Source: a virus. Taken from it: a stretch of DNA of 6,590 nucleotides. Below, one piece after another: positions 1 to 3,593 of this stretch. A program made the position numbers and the translations under genes. The notes beneath the pieces were generated by a model. The model worked only from the letters and a program-made list of their open reading frames with translations, did not search any database and was not told the origin of the DNA. Location of the stretch: IMG/VR virus record IMGVR_UViG_3300022758_000001, positions 1-6,590 of that record; one strand, 5' to 3'. Every line of letters begins with the position of its first letter. Positions within the stretch are counted from its first letter, which is position 1.

Positions 1-127
1 CTTCCTTTTCTGGTTCTTCTGGTTCTGGTGGTACACCTTACCAGTACACCCCTACGAATATGATTGGTGATGTTGCTTCTTTTGCTGGTGCTATGAAATC
101 TCTTTCGGAAGCTCGTAAGTCTGGTAC
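1..127. repeat. Terminal direct repeat, copy 1 (identical to 6464..6590). It is the wrap-around of a circular genome with a unit length of 6463 nt.
   Basis: Base-by-base comparison shows 1..127 (cttccttttctggttc...aagtctggtac) equals 6464..6590 exactly. The repeat lies inside a continuous ORF (VP2), so it is an assembly or window overlap and not a biological repeat. Confidence 0.95.
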
Positions 128-800
128 GGAAGCTGATTTGTTGGGTAGGTATGGTGATTCTGATTATTCTTCTCGTATCGCTAATACGGAAGCTGATACT
201 TATTTTAAACAGCGTCAATCTGATGTTGCTACTGCTCAGAAAGCTAATTTGCTTTTGTCTGCCGAAGCTCAGCAGGTTATGAATATGTATCTTCCGCAGG
301 AAAAACAGATTGAGTTATCTACGCTTGGCTCTCAGTATTGGAACTTGATTCGTGACGGTTCTATTAAGGAAGAGCAAGCTGAGAATTTACTTGCTACTCG
401 TTTGGAGATTGCCGCTCGTACAGCTGGCCAACATATTTCTAATAAGGTTGCTCGTTCTACGGCTGATTCTATCATCGACGCTACTAATACTGCTAAGATG
501 AATGAAGCTGCTTATAATCGAGGTTATTCTGTATTTTCTAATGATGTCGGTTATCGTACCGGTAAGATGGATCGCTGGCTTCAAGATCCCGTTAAAGCAC
601 GTTGGGATAGAGGTATAAATAACGCTGGTAAGTTTATTGAGGGTCTTTCTAATATTATCGGTTCTGTTACTAAGTTTGGTTTCTTAAGAAATGCTAACCA
701 AAGGTTAAAAGAAGATAAGCTACAATTTGACAGAGGTACTGTCGATATTTTCGACGATAACAAAGGTTATTCTTGGACTCGCCAACATCGTGGACGTTGA
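1..800 (+). CDS. VP2: VP2 minor capsid / DNA-pilot protein, C-terminal part. It continues from 6166..6590 across the circular junction.
   Basis: The frame is open from the window start (codons phased from nt 3) to TGA 798..800. It is in frame with ATG 6166 through the 127-nt overlap (6166 to 6523, which equals position 60, is 357 nt). The joined ORF is 1098 nt, giving 365 aa. T-ending codon bias matches the other genes. Confidence 0.85.
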   Translation, partial: SFSGSSGSGGTPYQYTPTNMIGDVASFAGAMKSLSEARKSGTEADLLGRYGDSDYSSRIANTEADTYFKQRQSDVATAQKANLLLSAEAQQVMNMYLPQEKQIELSTLGSQYWNLIRDGSIKEEQAENLLATRLEIAARTAGQHISNKVARSTADSIIDATNTAKMNEAAYNRGYSVFSNDVGYRTGKMDRWLQDPVKARWDRGINNAGKFIEGLSNIIGSVTKFGFLRNANQRLKEDKLQFDRGTVDIFDDNKGYSWTRQHRGR

Positions 801-822
801 TGTTTATTTGTTTTATTCCTTT

Positions 823-855
823 AAGGGATTGGCTTTTCAGTCAGTCCCTTTTTTG
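823..855 (+). terminator. Rho-independent (intrinsic) terminator downstream of VP2
   Basis: Hairpin aagggattggct-tttc-agtcagtccctt: a 12-bp stem pairing 823..834 with 839..850 (10 Watson-Crick pairs plus 2 G-T wobbles) and a 4-nt loop. It runs directly into a T tract (tttttt, 849..854). It starts 23 nt after the VP2 stop codon. Confidence 0.75.
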
Positions 856-926
856 TATGGCCCTTCTGCTTCACTTTACCCTCCTATCCATTCTGTCCGT
901 CCAGCTGCATGGGGGGCCCCTTTGGG

Positions 927-944
927 GGGAGCAGGCACGCTCCC
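927..944 (+). other. Perfect 6-bp GC-rich hairpin (GGGAGC / GCTCCC, 6-nt loop aggcac)
   Basis: Pairs g927-c944, g928-c943, g929-c942, a930-t941, g931-c940 and c932-g939 were checked by hand. The 5' arm shares G residues with the neighbouring CCCC-TTT-GGGG hairpin (917..927), so the two folds compete. Confidence 0.6.
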
Positions 945-986
945 TAAATCTCTATGACGAGACGGGAGTCGAGCATGAAAAAAACG

Positions 987-1020
987 TCGGCCGTCCACGG
1001 GCCGCAGCCGTGGCCGCCGG
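987..1020 (+). other. Long GC-rich hairpin
   Basis: The core stem pairs ccacgg (995..1000) with ccgtgg (1008..1013) around a 7-nt loop gccgcag. It is extended by pairs 993-1014, 991-1016, 990-1017, 989-1018, 988-1019 and 987-1020 (wobble), with t994 bulged and one C-C mismatch (992/1015). Confidence 0.55.
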
Positions 1021-1052
1021 AGGCATCATAAAGTTAAGCTATTTTACTTTGG

Positions 1053-1075
1053 TACGAAGTTCCCCGGCTTTCGTG
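1053..1075 (+). other. Hairpin tacgaag / tttcgtg (5 Watson-Crick pairs plus 2 wobbles, 9-nt loop), directly abutting the GCGAAGC motif
   Basis: Hand pairing of 1053..1059 with 1069..1075. g1075 is shared with GCGAAGC at 1075..1081. Confidence 0.4.
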
Positions 1076-1081
1076 CGAAGC
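1075..1081 (+). other. GCGAAGC heptamer (sequence of the very stable DNA mini-hairpin), copy 1 of 2
   Basis: Exact gcgaagc at 1075..1081. By my visual scan of the + strand, the only other exact copy is at 5502..5508, also noncoding. Confidence 0.5.
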
Positions 1082-1082
1082 A

Positions 1083-1108
1083 AACCGGATTAATTGTAAT
1101 CTCCGGTT
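1083..1108 (+). other. Hairpin aaccgga...tccggtt
   Basis: A perfect 7-bp stem pairs 1083..1089 with 1102..1108. Three inner pairs (1090-1099, 1091-1098, 1092-1097) follow, with a 2-nt bulge (1100..1101) and a 4-nt loop attg. Confidence 0.55.
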
Positions 1109-1192
1109 CAAACTCTCCTTGTTCACGATAGGCGAAAGTCACATCACTTTATAGATATTGTGTATATCAAAATTAGTTTTTATATTTGCGGT

Positions 1193-1702
1193 ATGATTAA
1201 CAACCGTAGTAAAACATATGGCTCTTGTCTTCATCCTCGTGTGATAAAGAACAAATATACAGGTGACCCTGTGTATGTTCCTTGTGGCACGTGTGAGTTT
1301 TGCATACACAATAAGGCAGTCAAGGCTGAGTTGAAATGTAATGTTCAATTAGCTGCTTCTAAATATTGTGAGTTTATCACTCTGACCTATTCAACGGAAT
1401 ATTTGCCAGTCGGTGAGTTTTATAAAGGTGCTTTTGGTGAGGTAAGATTTCGTTGTTTACCTCGTGATTTTGTTTATTCATATAAGACCGTTCAAGGTTA
1501 TACCCGTAATATATCATTTAACGATGAATGTTTTGACTTCGATACTCAATTGTCTTGGGATTCTGCACGATTGTTGCAGAAGAAAACACATCTACACTAC
1601 ACTTCTTTTCCTGATGGTCGGCGTATTTATAACCGCCCTTATATGGAAAATCTTGTCGGTTATCTTAACTATCGTGATATACAGCTTTTTTTAAACGTTT
1701 GA
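1193..1702 (+). CDS. VP4: Replication initiation protein VP4, N-terminal (zero-frame) segment. It encodes 169 aa if translated without a frame change.
   Basis: ATG 1193 gives MINNRSKTYGSCLHPRVIKNKYTGDPVYVPCGTCEFCIHNK..., the Cys/His cluster (C-x-HP ... VPCGxCxxC) typical of microvirus VP4 N-termini. HUH motif I is FITLTY (1373..1390). The segment ends ...NYRDIQLFLNV at TGA 1700..1702. The GTG at 1160 used by the ORF track only adds 11 unconserved residues. HUH motifs II and III are absent from this frame. Confidence 0.85.
   Translation: MINNRSKTYGSCLHPRVIKNKYTGDPVYVPCGTCEFCIHNKAVKAELKCNVQLAASKYCEFITLTYSTEYLPVGEFYKGAFGEVRFRCLPRDFVYSYKTVQGYTRNISFNDECFDFDTQLSWDSARLLQKKTHLHYTSFPDGRRIYNRPYMENLVGYLNYRDIQLFLNV
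1687..1693 (+). other. Candidate -1 frameshift site: slippery heptamer T TTT TTA within a T7 run (or the site of a homopolymer length error)
   Basis: Zero-frame codons are CTT|TTT|TTA|AAC|GTT|TGA, so 1687..1693 is phased X XXY YYZ. The -1 frame is closed by TGA 1675..1677 and open from 1678. The zero frame closes at 1700..1702. The only frame-overlap window (1678..1702) therefore contains the heptamer. Confidence 0.6.
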
Positions 1703-2826
1703 ATCAAAATATAAGGAGTATTACAAATGAAAAGATTTACTACTACGTTGTTGGAGAATATGGGCCAACAACATTCCGTCCGCATTTCCATGTCTTATTA
1801 TTCCACGACTCGAAAGAGCTCAGACAAAGTATACGACAGTTTGTTCTTAAGAGTTGGCGCTTTGGTGATACAGATACGCAACCTGTCTGGTCTTCCGCTT
1901 CTTGCTACGTTGCGGGATACGTCAATAGTACTGCGTGCCTTCCCGACTTTTATAAGAATTCTAGCTATATTAAGCCGTTCGGTCGATTTTCTACGCATTT
2001 TGCGGAATCCGCTTTTAATGAGGTTTTTAAACCGGAAGAAAATGAAGAAATATTCGCTTTATTCTATGATGGTCGAATGCTCGAACTTAATGGAAAGCCT
2101 ACACTTGTGCGGCCTAAAAGGTCGCATATCAATCGATTATACCCCCGACTTAATAAGTCTAAGCATGCGACTGTGGATGATGATGTACGAGTTGCAACGG
2201 CTTTATCAAATATCCCCCACGTCCTCGCAAAATTCGGCTTTATTGACGAAGTAACTGACTTTGAGATGTCTAGGCGTATATATTACCTTATTCGTAGGTA
2301 TCTGGAAGTTGACCATACATTGAAATATGCTCCTGAACAACTTAGGTTGATTTACAACTCTTGTCGTTTGTCGTTGTATATAAATTTCTCTGACGAAAGT
2401 GGTTGTGCTGCGATCTATCGTTTGTTGCTTAATTATCGTAACTTGGTTAATAATTGGATAACTGCGCCTGTTGGTAGTGTTGCGTTTACTGGTCAATTAC
2501 GTTATGCTATTAGATCAATTCACTCTTTCTATGATTATTGTGCTAAACGTTCGTTGCGTGACCAGTTGTTGAAAGTTAAGAAATGGTCTAATGATTCTTA
2601 TGTACGTGATAATTTGTCAATATATTATTTTTATCCGTTGACTGATGTTGATATAATGAAGAAATCTTTTTCGGAGATAGTGTTTGATAGTCCTGTTTTG
2701 CGAGCTAGCTACGCAGATTATGCCGCGGATAATCGTGAGCGTATCAAACATAAAGCTCTGAATGACAAGAACGCTTTACTTATCGCTTCTGTTGACAAAA
2801 ACATTGATTACTATTATGGAAAATGA
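1693..2826 (+). CDS. VP4: Replication initiation protein VP4, C-terminal (-1 frame) segment with the HUH and catalytic-tyrosine motifs. Fused to 1193..1693 it gives a 544-aa Rep.
   Basis: Reading from 1693 gives KRLNQNIRSITNEKIYYYVVGEYGPTTFRPHFHVLLF. HUH motif II is HFH (1783..1791). Motif III is Y-x3-Y in CYVAGYVNS (Y at 1906..1908 and 1918..1920). There is no in-frame ATG for about 125 codons; the track start at 1699 is a TTG. The stop is TGA 2824..2826. Confidence 0.85.
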   Translation, partial: KRLNQNIRSITNEKIYYYVVGEYGPTTFRPHFHVLLFHDSKELRQSIRQFVLKSWRFGDTDTQPVWSSASCYVAGYVNSTACLPDFYKNSSYIKPFGRFSTHFAESAFNEVFKPEENEEIFALFYDGRMLELNGKPTLVRPKRSHINRLYPRLNKSKHATVDDDVRVATALSNIPHVLAKFGFIDEVTDFEMSRRIYYLIRRYLEVDHTLKYAPEQLRLIYNSCRLSLYINFSDESGCAAIYRLLLNYRNLVNNWITAPVGSVAFTGQLRYAIRSIHSFYDYCAKRSLRDQLLKVKKWSNDSYVRDNLSIYYFYPLTDVDIMKKSFSEIVFDSPVLRASYADYAADNRERIKHKALNDKNALLIASVDKNIDYYYGK

Positions 2827-2980
2827 AAGTTATTATTCCGCTGTGTTACACTATCTTGGACATAAGCGTGAGGTTGTTATTCGTTTGGATGCTGCGGTGA
2901 TCGATTCATTTCTTACCCGTGGTTATGTAGTTGAGCTTTTAGCTCCTATTCCTGTTGTGAAAGAACCTGCTTTAGATTGA
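2816..2980 (+). CDS. Hypothetical small protein (54 aa)
   Basis: ATG 2816 overlaps the VP4 stop by 11 nt. The product is MENESYYSAVLHYLGHKREVVIRLDAAVIDSFLTRGYVVELLAPIPVVKEPALD. T-ending codon bias matches the known genes. It ends 6 nt before the next gene. I recognise no motif in it. The upstream track start at 2762 would overlap VP4 by 65 nt and seems less likely. Confidence 0.5.
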   Translation: MENESYYSAVLHYLGHKREVVIRLDAAVIDSFLTRGYVVELLAPIPVVKEPALD

Positions 2981-2986
2981 TTTGTT

Positions 2987-3391
2987 ATGTATAAACCAAT
3001 TCACTTTTCTTTGTTGGAACTGGTCAATACCAGTACAACAACTTTGGCAAATAATATCCCAACTTGGGATTCTTTGTTGAACTTGACTTATCTCTGTAAG
3101 TATATACTTGACCCGTTGCGTGACGCTTTCGGAAAGCCTATTTATATTAATTCCGGTTATCGTTCGAATTTTGTAAACGAGGCTGTTGGTGGTGTTTCGA
3201 ACTCTCAGCATAAATTTGGCTATGCTGCTGATATTTCGGTTAGTAGTCGTGATTCTATCTCTGAACTGTTTGCTTTGATTCAGGAAATGGAATTGCCGTT
3301 CGATCAGGTTATTTATTACCGTAAAGCTGGCTTTATTCATGTTTCTTGGTCCCCGACTTATCGAAAGCAGATTATTGTTAGGGATGCTTAA
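2987..3391 (+). CDS. Zinc metallopeptidase of the LAS / Peptidase M15 (VanY / D-Ala-D-Ala carboxypeptidase-like) type, a putative peptidoglycan hydrolase (134 aa)
   Basis: The signature is ...INSGYRSNFVNEAVGGVSNSQHKFGYAADI...GFIHV. The proposed zinc ligands are H75 (cat 3209..3211), D82 (gat 3230..3232; H-x6-D spacing) and H118 (cat 3338..3340). The SGYR...N..GG..SxH..G.AxD pattern matches what I recall for Pfam Peptidase_M15_3. There is no N-terminal signal peptide or TM segment. Confidence 0.8.
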   Translation: MYKPIHFSLLELVNTSTTTLANNIPTWDSLLNLTYLCKYILDPLRDAFGKPIYINSGYRSNFVNEAVGGVSNSQHKFGYAADISVSSRDSISELFALIQEMELPFDQVIYYRKAGFIHVSWSPTYRKQIIVRDA

Positions 3392-3593
3392 AGTTGATTC
3401 TTTCCCGTCTATTCACAATAGTGTAGTAGACGGGATACCTGAAAATTACGTTTACTATTATAAAAAGTATTTGTATGAAATTGAATTTCTCCGTTTTAAA
3501 AAAAGTGATTTTGTTGATTTACGACATTTTGACGTTTCTGTTATCGAGAAAGAAAAACAATTAGTTATTAATTTTAAGTTTGAAGAAAAATGA
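3384..3593 (+). CDS. Hypothetical small protein (69 aa)
   Basis: ATG 3384 overlaps the peptidase stop (ATGCTTAA, 8-nt overlap). Its TGA 3591..3593 overlaps the VP1 start (ATGA). The product is hydrophilic and Lys/Glu/Tyr/Phe-rich (MLKVDSFPSIHNSVVDGIPENYVYYYKKYLYEIEFLRFKK...). The alternative ATG at 3339 would overlap the peptidase gene by 53 nt. Confidence 0.5.
   Translation: MLKVDSFPSIHNSVVDGIPENYVYYYKKYLYEIEFLRFKKSDFVDLRHFDVSVIEKEKQLVINFKFEEK

Larger units (their letters stand above)
856..1159 (+). other. G+C-rich, hairpin-dense noncoding island. Candidate functions are a replication origin, a complementary-strand priming region or a structured RNA.
   Basis: No ORF here shows the genome's T3 codon bias. 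Composition is visibly richer in G and C than the flanking genes. It contains the verified hairpins 927..944, 987..1020, 1053..1075 and 1083..1108, a G6-C4-T3-G6 tract (911..929), GCGAAGC (1075..1081) and a C-GAAA-G turn (1131..1140). Confidence 0.6.

Noticed and set aside
951-988. ctatgacgag...gaaaaaaacgtc is superficially reminiscent of the hammerhead ribozyme core (CUGAUGA...GAAAC...GUC).
   Set aside because: The CUGAnGA box is not intact (CUAUGACGA). The segment between the boxes does not form a stem II, and no stem I or stem III pairing is evident.
773-1093. A 106-aa ORF (non-ATG start) covering the VP2 end, the terminator and the GC-rich island, and a nested 25-codon ATG ORF at 954..1031.
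   Set aside because: They read straight through an intrinsic terminator and several stable hairpins. They lack the genome's T-ending codon bias and have Ala/Gly/Pro/Arg-rich products typical of random GC-rich sequence.
1102-1118. GGTTCAAAC resembles a tRNA T-loop.
   Set aside because: The flanking bases (tcc.. / ..tctcc) cannot form a T-stem. No acceptor, D or anticodon arms can be drawn around it.
1154-1168. The imperfect palindrome GATAT-tgtgt-ATATC in the A+T-rich stretch before VP4, considered as a dif-like XerC/D site for integration or as an operator.
   Set aside because: Its resemblance to the dif consensus is limited to a TGTATA-like centre, and the flanking arms do not match. Short A+T palindromes are common in such sequence.
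1181-1188. TATATTTG matches the Bacteroides -7 promoter consensus TAnnTTTG just upstream of VP4.
   Set aside because: It ends only 4 nt before ATG 1193, so the predicted transcription start would fall at or inside the start codon. There is no clear TTTG -33 element at the right spacing. It remains possible for a leaderless transcript, but support is too weak to annotate.
1160-1192. The GTG 1160 start for VP4 and the GTG 5579 start for the 5675 gene, as given in the ORF track.
   Set aside because: Both are non-ATG extensions into noncoding sequence. 1160 adds MYIKISFYICG ahead of the conserved N-terminus. 5579 reads through the structured GC-rich element and the ATTT microsatellite. The internal ATGs at 1193 and 5675 give sensible proteins.
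1727-2254. A 175-aa ORF in the +1 frame of VP4, preceded by a perfect AAGGAG (1713..1718) 8 nt upstream of ATG 1727. It could be an overprinted gene, as seen in phiX174.
   Set aside because: Every long alternative-frame + strand ORF inside a gene lies in the +1 frame of a real gene: 727..957, 1464..1694, 1727..2254, 3723..4067, 4080..4364, 4725..4907, 5724..5906 and 6209..6391. The real genes end most codons in T, so +1-frame codons have T in the middle position. Such codons can never be stops and encode Leu, Phe, Ile or Val. Long, hydrophobic +1 ORFs are therefore a compositional artefact. SD sites also appear unused in this genome. Revisit only if relatives show conservation with synonymous-site suppression in VP4.
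2972-3340. Minus-strand ORFs: 2972..3340 (122 aa), 2206..2496, 1798..1998, 1139..1348, 387..584, 581..763, 4029..4217 and 5717..5917.
   Set aside because: All are short and lie fully antisense to well-supported + strand genes. Their Ile/Asn/Arg/Ser-rich products are typical of antisense reading of T3-biased genes. Microviridae transcribe one strand only.
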